IMG/VR virus record: IMGVR_UViG_3300047445_000292
DNA length: 64,000 nucleotides
Source of the DNA: an uncultured virus (IMG/VR IMGVR_UViG_3300047445_000292)
Taxonomy: Duplodnaviria; Heunggongvirae; Uroviricota; Caudoviricetes
Reading direction: 5' to 3' (one strand)
Shown: one piece after another, positions 37,798-48,600 of the stretch
How the letters are laid out: every line of letters starts with the position of its first letter
How positions within the stretch are numbered: position 1 is the stretch's first letter
The notes under the pieces: model-generated
The model's input: the letters and a program-made list of their open reading frames with translations, nothing else
What the model was told of the DNA's origin: nothing
The model's database searches: none
Program-made: the position numbers and the translations under genes

Positions 37798-38310
37798 TTA
37801 CCTCAGTTCGATCAGGACGCCGCCACGGAAAATCCCTGTCGCGCCGTAAGGCACAACGCCGTAGCCGCCGAAGGTGGCGAGTTCGTCATAGGTCAGGGCG
37901 CGGGCGACCAGGCCGACTTCGACGGTGGTGCCGAGGTCGTAGGCGATCGGGCCAAAGCTGGGATCGGGAATGTGCACCGGGGTGCGGGTGTACGAACCGG
38001 GGCGGCGCTTGGACAGCCCGGTGACTTCCCAACGCCCTGTTTCCGAACGGCGCAAGCGCACAGCGGTGCCGGCATCGGCGTAGATCAGATCGCGGCTGTT
38101 GGCCGCGATCGGCACGTTGCGCAGTGGCGCGACCACTTCGTCACCGGTGTTGCTGTCCATCGACTTGAGGCCCACGTCGACATCGCAGCCGTAGGTCAGA
38201 GACAGGCCGTCAGTCACCAGCAGGGTCGGGCGGGTCAGGATGGTGCCGTCAATCTCTCTGATCGACTGGTCAATTTCGCCGCGGATGAGGTAGGTCAGTA
38301 AGCCACTCAT
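37798..38310 (-). CDS. Minor tail protein
   Basis: 170 aa, position in the tail operon. Confidence 0.55.
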   Translation of the reverse strand: MSGLLTYLIRGEIDQSIREIDGTILTRPTLLVTDGLSLTYGCDVDVGLKSMDSNTGDEVVAPLRNVPIAANSRDLIYADAGTAVRLRRSETGRWEVTGLSKRRPGSYTRTPVHIPDPSFGPIAYDLGTTVEVGLVARALTYDELATFGGYGVVPYGATGIFRGGVLIELR

Positions 38311-39791
38311 TAGACGCGGAACCCCTGTACCGAGAGCATGGCCGATGACCCACGGGTCAGGTCGCGGGTAAACGTCAGCACGTACAGGCGCGAACCGTCC
38401 GGCAATTGCAGGATGTCGCCGCGCTCCAGGGCAGGGTGGTCGATGATGTCGACGTTCCAGGTGATCGCGGACAGGGAGCGATACAGCAACTCACGCACCG
38501 CGATCTGCTGGGCGTGGCCTTCGTTCATCACGAAGTCCGAGTCCATGGTTTCTTCCAGGCGCATCCATTCCGGGGTGCTGTCGTTGTAGGCTTCGGTGGT
38601 GTTGGTTTCGTGGACGTAGTCGTAGGGCTCGCCCCAAATCTCATAGACCCCGGTACCGAGGGACATGATGATCAGGAAGAACGCCACCTGCCCGGCCATT
38701 TCATACGGGCGGCCTTGTGGGATGGTGATCCCGGTGCCGGTGATACCCACCTGCACCAGGTCGGGAACCGTCGAGGCATACAGCATGGCCGCCATCGCGG
38801 CGGTGGCTAAGGTGGGCACCCACACCTTGGTGGTGACGGTGATTTCGCCGCTGAATTCGCTTTTCTGTTCGTAGTCTTCATCGCCGACCGGCAGCAGGCC
38901 GTCGTTGACCGAGGTGACAACCTTCATCCAGGTGTTGTCCGCACGCTGCCGGCGATCGTCTGACCAGTACAGCTCGCGTTCCTGCTTGAGCTTGAAGAAC
39001 CCGGCGGTGATCGACTCGCGGGCCATCACCTGCGCCTGCTGCAAACTCTTGCTCAGGTTCGGGTCGAGCCACTTGAGAATCACGGCGGTGACGGAGGTTT
39101 TGTTGCGCGAGCCGGAAATTTTCAGCAGCTGGAACGGCTCCAGCACCAGGTCTGCGGTGCGCCCAGTGTCGCGAGAGATAGGCTTGAAGCGACCCAAGGC
39201 GTCGACCCATGGCTCAAGCCCTGCGACCTGCAGAATCTCCGTCAGCATGTCCCACGCCGGCAAGTCCGCCAGTTGGGTGTCGCCATGCACGGTGCTGACA
39301 CCCAGCACCAGCGAGCCGCGAATCTCCGAGGTGGTCAAGCCAATGGCGGTGAGGACATCCCGCGCCAACACCCCCAGTTCGCTGCCGGCCGGGTAGACAT
39401 TGCCAACCCACTTGGTCTGTCGCCACAGGCTGTTGCTGTCGCGGCTGCGCACCGTCAGGGACATGCCCCGCTCGCCGCGGCTTTCGCGCCAGTCCGCCAG
39501 GTCCTCGATCTGCCCGTTGAACAGTGGCAGGCCGTCGAGGCGGACCTGGATCAAGTCGCCGATCTTGGGCTGAGCCACGCCGTACAGTTCCTGATAGAAC
39601 GTCAGGCCCACACTCAAGCCCGCCTCGGATTGGCTGATGCTGTCGGCGTAGGGGCTCAGGTCTTGGTACATGGTGGCGGTACCCGCCACCAGTTGTGCCC
39701 AGGTGGTGGTGCTCGCCTTGTAATGCACCAGCTGGACGTTGCGCAGAACGTCCTCGCTCGGGTAGCGCAGGTACGGGTATTCCGTAAGCAT
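38310..39791 (-). CDS. Minor tail protein (possible tail tip/hub)
   Basis: 493 aa; C-terminal P.LERGD motif typical of hub proteins; position. Confidence 0.55.
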   Translation of the reverse strand: MLTEYPYLRYPSEDVLRNVQLVHYKASTTTWAQLVAGTATMYQDLSPYADSISQSEAGLSVGLTFYQELYGVAQPKIGDLIQVRLDGLPLFNGQIEDLADWRESRGERGMSLTVRSRDSNSLWRQTKWVGNVYPAGSELGVLARDVLTAIGLTTSEIRGSLVLGVSTVHGDTQLADLPAWDMLTEILQVAGLEPWVDALGRFKPISRDTGRTADLVLEPFQLLKISGSRNKTSVTAVILKWLDPNLSKSLQQAQVMARESITAGFFKLKQERELYWSDDRRQRADNTWMKVVTSVNDGLLPVGDEDYEQKSEFSGEITVTTKVWVPTLATAAMAAMLYASTVPDLVQVGITGTGITIPQGRPYEMAGQVAFFLIIMSLGTGVYEIWGEPYDYVHETNTTEAYNDSTPEWMRLEETMDSDFVMNEGHAQQIAVRELLYRSLSAITWNVDIIDHPALERGDILQLPDGSRLYVLTFTRDLTRGSSAMLSVQGFRV

Positions 39792-40927
39792 TAGGGCACC
39801 GAAGTTTCACTAACGATGGAATTTGAGCCAGCAAGTTCGCCGGTCAGTTGGACAATCACGGTTCCGTTGTTCTCACTAGCTTTCCTGCTAGGGCTCACGG
39901 TTGCCGCTGAATCATTCCCTACAGTGTAGGTCAGCTCTTGACCTACGATCCCTTCACCCGCGCCGCCGTACACACGATTGAACACCGGCACGGTCTTGCC
40001 CTTCTGCGGGTAGCGCAGGGGGATCGGCGGGGTCATGCCGACCGGCAACGGCACCGGGTAATAGCCTTTGACGTTGGTGGTGCAGATGCAGTCGGGCAGG
40101 GTGTCGGGCGAGTTGTAGCAGAACAGCACCCGACGCATGAACGGGTCCCAGGTGAACGCCGTGTTGGCCCAGGTGAAGCCACCACTGACCAGCCCGGTGT
40201 GCAGCACGCCCAGCACTTCGCCGGTTTCGTAGTTGAAGGCGGTGAGGTTGCCATCGGTTTCCACCGCGTAGGCCATTGGCGGTTCGGCGATGAACAGGAA
40301 CTCGATCACACCCGCCACGTTGATGGTGCGCAGCCAGTCGCCGGTGGACAGTTGGCAGACCGACAGCTGCGAGGCCGTGTTCCCGTGCAGGCGGGTGATC
40401 ACCAGGTCACGGGCTGGGTCAACAGCAAAGGTGCTGGTCCCCGGGAACGCGCCGCTGCTGCCAATGTTGGCGCCGTAGTCGGTGAACAGTACCGGCTGTA
40501 GCGTGGTCCGCCAGGTCACCGGGTCAACCTTCAACAGCCCGTAATCGTAGAGGCTGGTGGCCCAGATCGAACCGTCCGGTGCGGAAAACATGAAGGCGAT
40601 GGTGAAGGACGTGATGTTCTGGCGCATGCCCTTGTACGCCCCCGACCGCCCATCCCACACCAGAGTCTGCACGCTCCAGCTCGGCCACAAGTCTTGGCGC
40701 ATCACCGCCAGCAGGTGAATCTCAAACTCGCCGGGGTAGTTCGGATCTTTGACCGTGAACAGCCCCCGGAAGAAGTCGATGTACATGGTGCAGGTGAACA
40801 ACGTCTCTACCGGGCTTGTGTAGAAGTAGCTGATGCCGTCCGGGAGGATCAGACCGGCGCGTGGAATGGCCCGTGTGGTTAGCGGGTAGACGGCCACGTC
40901 AGACTCAAAAACCTGTTTGATGGGCAT
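39791..40927 (-). CDS. Virion protein; beta-rich domain plus C-terminal Ig-like domain
   Basis: ATG at 40927 coupled to the upstream stop; C-terminus resembles that of 40927..41886. Confidence 0.55.
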   Translation of the reverse strand: MPIKQVFESDVAVYPLTTRAIPRAGLILPDGISYFYTSPVETLFTCTMYIDFFRGLFTVKDPNYPGEFEIHLLAVMRQDLWPSWSVQTLVWDGRSGAYKGMRQNITSFTIAFMFSAPDGSIWATSLYDYGLLKVDPVTWRTTLQPVLFTDYGANIGSSGAFPGTSTFAVDPARDLVITRLHGNTASQLSVCQLSTGDWLRTINVAGVIEFLFIAEPPMAYAVETDGNLTAFNYETGEVLGVLHTGLVSGGFTWANTAFTWDPFMRRVLFCYNSPDTLPDCICTTNVKGYYPVPLPVGMTPPIPLRYPQKGKTVPVFNRVYGGAGEGIVGQELTYTVGNDSAATVSPSRKASENNGTVIVQLTGELAGSNSIVSETSVP

Positions 40928-41886
40928 CAGAGCAGCACCCCTGCGGTGAGGTCGAAGTGAAGGCCGGTGCTGCCGATCGGCAGGGCTACGCGGGTCAGGG
41001 CGTAGCCATTGGCGTCGGTGGTCGACTGCGCAATCTGCACCAGCCCCGGGGTGGTGCAGGACCAATCAACCAGCACGCCGGCACAGGGCTCGGCACTGGC
41101 GCCGAGCAGGCGGGTGCGGTATTCCACCGCGCCGCCTTGGCCGACTGGGGCCAGTGCCACCGGTGCCGAAATGGTGGTGGGTACCGGTTCATCGGAATAG
41201 ATGCTGACGGTGTGGTGTACCTCGGGGCTGAGTTCCTGGCGCACCACAAACCAGACCCCGAGGGCCTGGGAGTAGACCGGCGGAAACGAAGCGCTGAACC
41301 CGAGCTTGCGGTGCCAGCCCACGACTTCCCGGTTGACGTGGTCGTACAGGACGGCGCCATCCATGGCCGAAATGAACACCGTGCCGGCGCTTGGGCCGGG
41401 GCTGAAACTGGTGCCGATACCGCCGTAGTCCATGGTCGGCAGGGTAGCTTCGGTGGTGCCGCTGCCTGTCTCGCTGTGCAGGCGGCTTTTCAACGCCCCC
41501 CACAACACCCGATCCGCCAGGAAACAGGCACCGCTGGCCAACCAAACGGGATCGGCAATTTCAGCCCCTTCGGGGTACAGAGTCACCGGGTGGACCGAGC
41601 GCACAGCGGTAGCCACAAAGCCACCGGCTACGCGGGCGATGCCGGTGTTCTGCGTGTCGTGGCAGTAGATGTCGTAGGCGGATAATGAGGGGTTGCGCAC
41701 CGCTACAAAGCCATCGAGCTGGATCAGCGACCCGCATTGAATGGTGTCCCCCGAGGGCTTGCGGATGAATGTCACCACCGCCATCGCCATCAGCGAATCA
41801 AACCACGTCGGCTTGTGAAAGCAGCGCGCATAGTTGCCGTCGATGTCCCGCATCGGGTACGGCCCGGCCAGCAGACGGAGGGCCAT
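40927..41886 (-). CDS. Virion protein with C-terminal Ig-like (Big_1-like) domain
   Basis: GV.VDWS......STTDANGYA motif. Confidence 0.55.
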   Translation of the reverse strand: MALRLLAGPYPMRDIDGNYARCFHKPTWFDSLMAMAVVTFIRKPSGDTIQCGSLIQLDGFVAVRNPSLSAYDIYCHDTQNTGIARVAGGFVATAVRSVHPVTLYPEGAEIADPVWLASGACFLADRVLWGALKSRLHSETGSGTTEATLPTMDYGGIGTSFSPGPSAGTVFISAMDGAVLYDHVNREVVGWHRKLGFSASFPPVYSQALGVWFVVRQELSPEVHHTVSIYSDEPVPTTISAPVALAPVGQGGAVEYRTRLLGASAEPCAGVLVDWSCTTPGLVQIAQSTTDANGYALTRVALPIGSTGLHFDLTAGVLL

Positions 41887-42429
41887 TTACGCCACCCTGC
41901 CGACGATGCGCAGCTTGACCGTCACCGGGAATTCCACCAGGTCGGTGCCGACCGATTGCGGGGACATGGTCATGGGCGAACCCCCGACCTCGATGCCGGT
42001 GATGATCACCTGGAATTTCAGGCTGGTGACGTAGGAGGGGTGCCACTCAATGAAGCCCACGGCCGGATCTGGCGGGTTCATCCAGAACGCCATCAGCGCC
42101 TTGAGCATGTCCAGCGGCATCGACAGGCCGGCGCTGGGAATCCAGCGTTCCTCCGGCGCCACGTCGCGCAGGCTGCCCGGCCACAAGGTGTTGGACGACG
42201 ACGACAGGGTCATCTGCGAGGTCCAGATCGGCGCGATAATCGCGTCCTCGGCCATGTTGGTCCATTCGTGCGGGGCCAGCGTGTAGTCCAGGGCGCCCAG
42301 CGTCGGGTGGATCATCCGACCCTTGCCGGTACCAGGCGCAGCCGCCGCAACCACCGACAGGACGATGCTCTCGATCACGGGCGAGGCGTCGAGGATGGTG
42401 AAGTTGGTTGTCGCAGTCAGTAGTGGCAT
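41887..42429 (-). CDS. Minor tail protein (possible distal tail protein)
   Basis: 180 aa, second gene after the tape measure. Confidence 0.5.
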   Translation of the reverse strand: MPLLTATTNFTILDASPVIESIVLSVVAAAAPGTGKGRMIHPTLGALDYTLAPHEWTNMAEDAIIAPIWTSQMTLSSSSNTLWPGSLRDVAPEERWIPSAGLSMPLDMLKALMAFWMNPPDPAVGFIEWHPSYVTSLKFQVIITGIEVGGSPMTMSPQSVGTDLVEFPVTVKLRIVGRVA

Positions 42430-42436
42430 GGTCGCC

Positions 42437-42658
42437 TCACGGAACGTAGTGGACGGAGACAGTCGGGGTGTCGCCTGCCGTGCCGGGGGTGTAGCGGGCC
42501 AGCGCCACACCTTGGGCGTCGGTGACTTCGCTGATCAGGGTCAGGGAGCCGGAGCCGGACAGCGTCCACTGGATCGCCCGGTAGGGCGGGCCAGTGAACA
42601 CGATCACGCAGCTGCCATCGGTGTGCACCAGGGTGCCGGTGAGGGCGCGCAGGCTCAT
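42437..42658 (-). CDS. Small Ig-like virion protein
   Basis: 73 aa, QWTL.GSGSL....TDAQGVA...YTP; overlaps the tape measure stop. Confidence 0.55.
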   Translation of the reverse strand: MSLRALTGTLVHTDGSCVIVFTGPPYRAIQWTLSGSGSLTLISEVTDAQGVALARYTPGTAGDTPTVSVHYVP

Positions 42659-45600
42659 CGTTTGGCCCTCTCATTGAGGATCTGCTGATCCAGCCAGTCG
42701 CCCATGCGCATACGCATCTGTGCCGGGGTGACGTGGACGTTGTAGGTGTCCGTCCCGCCGCCCGAGCGCCCGCCTTGCGAAACCGGCGCCGCCGGCATCG
42801 AGCCCGACAGGCTGGCTTGATCGTTCATCACGTAGCTGGAACTGGCGTTGAGCATCCGCCCGTTGTTCACCGAGTGGATGAAGTCAGCGCCCAGCGCGGC
42901 GGTGGCCTTGGCGTTCAGGATGGCTTCGCCGTTGGACACGCGCAGCTCTTGGTGCTGGCCGCTCGGGCCGGTCAGGTAGGCCGGGATCGAGTCCGACGTG
43001 CCGGTGCCAGGCCCGCTGATGATGCCGCCCCCGGCGAAGCCATACGCGCCCTTGTAGGTGGCTGAGCCGCCGCCGGCACCCCCGGCCAAAAGGCTGCCCG
43101 CCATGGTGGCGAAGCTGAGCAGGCCGGAGGCCTGCCCAGCGCCAGTTTTGCTGGCCAAGCCGAGCAGCCCGCCGAGGTTGCCGAACACACTGCCAAAGCC
43201 TTTGGTGACATCGTCCAGCAGGCCGACGAAGCCCCCGCCCAGTTCCTCGAAAAAGCCCTTGCCCTCGGTTTCGACCAAGTTGGCCAGCCCCGGGCCTTCG
43301 GCGACTTTCTTCAGCGCCACGCCGGTTTCTGGCGGCAGGCAGCAGCCGTCTTCCTTGGACACGGTGTTGCCGGTCAGCGTGCTGACCACGCTGTCCATGA
43401 AGCTCACCGGCTGGGTCGCCTGCGAGGTGGTGTTAGTGGCCTCGCCTGTCTTCGGCGACCCACCCCAGCCGAAGCGGGCGAGCAACGCAGGGATCGCCCC
43501 CTGCTGCTGTTGCCCCGGCCCCTTGTTGCTGCCGAACAGGGTGCCGGTGAGGCTGCCGATCGTCTCGTTGCTGAGCGTCTTGATCAGCGTGCGCATGGTC
43601 TCTTTGGAGAGCTGCGAGAACACTTCGTCCAGCGTGCCGCTGAGGCTTTTGCCGTCCACCACGGCATCGGCAAAGGCATCGCCGATGCCTTCGATCGCGG
43701 TGACCACATGGTCATTGATGACCTCACCGAAGTGCTCAAGCGACGATTCCGACTGTTCCAGGCTGCGCTGGATGACGTTCGGATCAAAGGCGCGCTTGAA
43801 CCCCGACTCCCAGGTGCCGGTGACGCGCTCCAGGGCCAACTCGGTATTGCCCAGCTCGGTGTTGGTGTCGGCCAGCACCCGGTGCAGCTCGTTGACTTCG
43901 GCTCGCGCCACCCGCAACGATTCACTGATGTGCTTGTTGTCCTTGTCCTGCAAGGATGCTGCCGTCAGCTCCCCGACCTTGTCCTGCGCAAACTGCAAGG
44001 AGCCTTGGGCGCTGTTGCCCTTCTGGATCAGCAGGTCACGGTTCCGCAGCAGGTAGTCGCGGCGCTGCGTGCGGTCGCCCGGCTCCAGCCCCTTGTCTTC
44101 CAAGCGCGCATCGTTCAGCAAGTTGCCGGTCGACAGGGCCAGCGCCAGCTGGTCGTCGATTTCGTCCCGGGTCTGACGCTCACGACGGAACACCAGCTCC
44201 AGGTAGTCGGCCTGTTGCTTGTAGGGCACCAACAGCTTTTTCCGTTCCTCGACCTCGGCTTCCGACTGGCCGGTCAGCGAACCTTCCAACGCCTTGCGCC
44301 GTTCAAAGATTTCCAGCAGGTCCTTGTTGACCTGGTCGTACTGTTTGATCGTGTCGTCGATCACCGCCTGCGGGGTCAGGTTGGTGGCGTTGTCCAGTAC
44401 GCCTTTGAGCCGGCGCTGCTCGGCGGTCTTCTGCCCTTGCGCCCGGCTCAGGTCAACCTTGGACGCCTCACGGTCGATCCGCGAGGCTTCCTTGGCTTGC
44501 TTCTGTTGCAGCTCGCCGATGCGCGCCTCGGCCTCGATCCGGCGGCGGATAAGGCCCTTGTTTTTCTCCGGGTCCTTGCCCACGTCCAGGTCCAGCTCAT
44601 CCTGAGCTTCCTTGGCCTTGCGCTGCTCGATGGCGATTTCAGCGTTGGTCAGCTCGACCAGCTTGGCTTTGGCCAGGCCGAACTGTTTGTCGGTACGCGC
44701 TTGCTCGTATTCCTCGGCGGCCTTGGTGCGCGCTTGCTCCATGGCCAACTGCTTTTTGGTTTCCTTGGTGGTTTCTTCAACCAGCTGATCCTGCCGACCC
44801 TGAACGTCCCGGTACTCTTTGACCTTCGACGCTGCGAACTGGTAGCGCTGGGTGTTGCCCCGCGCCTCATCCTCCGGCACGCCACCGGCACTGATGTCGC
44901 TGAACAGCTGCTGAGCGCCGCCGGTCTTCGCGTCCGTGGTCTTTTTCAGGTAGGCCAGGAACTTGGGGTTGTTGAAGGTCTTGGCGATCGTCTCGCCGTA
45001 CTTCACGCGATCGGCGGTTTCCTGCAAGACCTTGGTGGCTTGGCTGTCGAGGGTTTCCTGGATCTTGCCGACCGACAGGGTCAGCAGGTTCTTCATCAGC
45101 CCGCCTTTGAGCTGGTTGGCCGCGTCAAACAGGGCGCCCTGAATTTCCTGCAGGTGGCCGATCGCGGCGCCGTCCAGTTCATGGAAGCGGGCCAGCAGCT
45201 CGATGACGGCTGCGCGCATGTCGGCTTCGGCGGTGCTCTTGTTGTCGCTGAGCGAAATCGCTTTGATCCGCTGAATGAACTGCTCGGATACCTTCTTGGC
45301 GTTGGCATCCAGCGGGTTGACTGCGCCGTTCGCCCGCATCTGGTCGGCCAGGGTCTGCGCCGCTTGCTGGAGAATCCCCAGCTGCATGTCCATGGCTTCC
45401 TTGCTGGTACCCGCCAGGATCTGCTGCAACGATTCAGACTGCGCCACGATCTGCTGGTACAGCTGGGCTTCCAGTTCCTGCTCGTTGGCAGGCGCCGCAC
45501 CATCCATTTTATCCAGCGTCTTGCGGGCATTGACCAGTTTGGTGTTGAGCTGGTCGGTCATGCCTTTCAGGGTGCCACTGACCGTATTGCCCAGTTCCTC

Positions 45601-48600
45601 GATGGTGAACAGGGCGCGGTCGGCTTCGCTTTTGGTCATGCCCTGAATGAGCGCGGCCATTTGCGGGAACTGCGTTTTCAGCACTTCCAGCTGATCGGCG
45701 CGCTCACTCGGGGCCAGCTTGGTGTAGCTCTTGACCAGCTCCAGCACCTGCTCGTTGCTCTTGCTCAGGTTGGTGCCGAACACGTTGCTGATCGCCGCGT
45801 TCAGGTCATCTGCCGTGCGGCTGGCCGTCAGCAGGGATTCCGCGGTGGAGCCTACGTTCTGGCCGAGTTCCGCCAGTTTGATGTCCCAGGTCTTGGCCGC
45901 CTGGTCATATTTCTGGAACAGGTCCTCGGCCTGGTTAATCTCTTGGCCTTGGGCGGTAGCCTGCGCACCCGCTTCATCGGCGCTCTGTTCGCCAGGGAAC
46001 AGGCGACCGACCGTGTGGCGGTAGGCGAACTGCAGGACCTGCCGCGGCGCACCACCCAGCAACAGTTCCCCAGCGCCAGGCAACCCCGACTCCCCTTGGG
46101 CGCGCTTATGCAGGTCGTAGCGATCCAGTGCCTGGATGGCCTTGTCCGCGTAGTTGATCACGTCGGTGAAGAACGCCAGAACCCCTTCACTGCGGTTGTA
46201 GGTGAACCCACTGATGGTCGATTTCAGGCGGGTAAAGCTGGCCTCCAGGCCTTTGATTGTGGTGTCCGCGCCTTCCGCTGCCGCCCGGCCAAAGGTGATC
46301 TTGGATTCGTTGGCGGCCAACTCTTCCAGGTTGCTGATCATCGCCTTGATGGCGTTCGCCGAACGAATGTCAAAGGCTCGCGACAGGCCCAGCGCGCCCT
46401 CATCGTTGAAGCCCAGGCGTTTCAGTTCGGTGAGCGCCGCTTGCAGCGGGGCACGGCCCTTGCTGAATGCAAAGAAGCGCGCCTTCACCGCCTCGGCGCC
46501 CATTTCCTCGCCCATGGCGCGGTAGCGTTCCTGCAACGCCTTAGTCAGCTTCAAGTCCGGGCTGAAAATCTCCAGCATGCCTTGACGCAAACCAGTGGCG
46601 GCGGTCGACGCCTTGAGGCCAGCGTTACGCAGGGTGGACACCGCTGCGAGGAACTGTTCGGAGGTCAGGCCAAACGACTTGGCGGTCTGCGCGCCAAGGG
46701 AGAGGATGGTTTTCAGATCCTCGCCGGTCAGTTTGGAAATGTTGATCGCCTTGGCCAGCTGGTTGGCGATCACGTCATCCGACAGTTCTTTGAACACCGA
46801 GCGGGTGGTGGAAATCAGGTCCGCCGCGACCTGCAGGTTGGACCCGGTGGCTGCCGCAAAGTCCGCGGTGGCCTTCAACGTGGTGTTCATGTCCTCGACC
46901 GACACACCGGCCTGCGCCAACACCTTGGCGGCTTCGGTCAGTTCCGTGAGCGAGAACTTACTGTTCTTCGCGACATCGAGCACGGTCTGCGACAGCTTGC
47001 CCATCTGTGCATCGGTGGAACCGGTGACCGCCTGAATGTCCAGAAAGGCAGTCTGCAGATCAACCACGCCGCGGGCCAGCGCGCCCAGTGCCGCGGCCAA
47101 GCCGTACAGCGCGGCGTAGCCCACGGCGTATTTGAGGAACGAACGCAGGGTGCTTTGCAGCAGGTTGAGGCCCGAGGACGGGGGTTTAATAGCCTCGTTT
47201 AGGACATCCAGATCCCCGGCGAATTTTCGCGCCGCATTGCCTGCCGCCACGGCTTGGGTGCTGCTGACCCCATAGAGGTTGCTGAACTCCTTGCCTTTAC
47301 CGCGCACCTCGCTAAGCCGCGCCTGCACATACTGCCGGGCGCTTTTCGCGTCTTCCTCATTGAGGTTGACCAGGCCGCCCGGGGCCTTGCTGGCGTCCTG
47401 ATAGATTTTGCGGCCTTCGGGGTAGACCGCACTGCCGACCGCACTACGGGATGGCCGCGACACCCGCGTTTTGCTGTTCTGCGCCAGGCGTTCTTGTTGG
47501 GCATTCAGCTCGGCTACGGAACGGGCGTACTTGTCCACCTCAGCGGAGACTTGCTTGTACGCATCACTGTCACGCCCAGCCTCTTTGGCGGTGGCTTGTT
47601 GTTGCAGTTCCAGCTGGCGCAGTTCGTTCTCGGCGAACTTGGTGGCCTTGCGCACATCGCCAAGGGTCGACAGCTGACTGTAATCGCCGTCCGCCCGTTC
47701 GAACAGTTGCTTGCCTTTGGCGTTGACGGTGCCTCGGGTTCGCCGCTTGTCTTCCGAGGTCTGAATTTTCTCCTGCAGACGGTCGAGGCTGTTCTGCTCA
47801 ACCTTGGCAGAGTTCAGTACCTCGATCCGCCCCCTCAGCTTGTCCAGGTAATCCCCGTACTTTTCGGCTTCCCGGCCAGCGCGCTTGGCCTGGTCGCTGC
47901 TCGCACCAAAGGCGTTGGCGTAGTTGCGTTGCAGGGTGGCCAGGTCGTTCATTTCGCCCCGGACAAAGGCCTGCGCCTTGCGGGCGGCGCCGATGTCGGT
48001 GAACGCATCGACGTTACCGTCCACACCGCCGGCCTGTTGCAGCGCTTTACGGCCTTGGCGTTCAGCACGCCCGCGCAGGGTGCGGTTGAACGAGGCGTTG
48101 CTTTCCGCTTTGGCGACGGCGTTGGCTGCGGCTTCATCCTTCTTGCGCAGCTTCTCGACCTGGCGCAGTTCCTCAACACGATCTGTCAGGCGGGCGTAGG
48201 CCTGCGATACCGCGTCCAGCTCGCGTGCTGTGCGCTGGGCTTCCTTGGATTCCGCGCCAAACATTTCGCGGGTCAGGCGGTTGATTTGCGTGCGCGCACT
48301 CAGCTCTTTTTCGGCAAAGGCGAGGCCGGAGCTGGCGTTTTTCGAAGTCTCGATCGACGCCGTGTCACCCCGCGCCGCTGCGTAGAACGCCTTTTGGCCG
48401 GTGGGGTTCTTCTGCTGCGCAACGCGAGCGTTGGTGTCAATTACCTGCTGACGGATCGCCTGGGCATCGCGGGTACGTTTGGTTTGCCGGGCCGCCGCTT
48501 CCTGTGCCGCAAGTTGAGTGGCGCGGGTGTCGAGGTCGTTAAAGGCCTGCGCCGACAGGGCCAGCTTGCGCTCAGCACGGCGGGCCTCCGGGGAGTCGGT

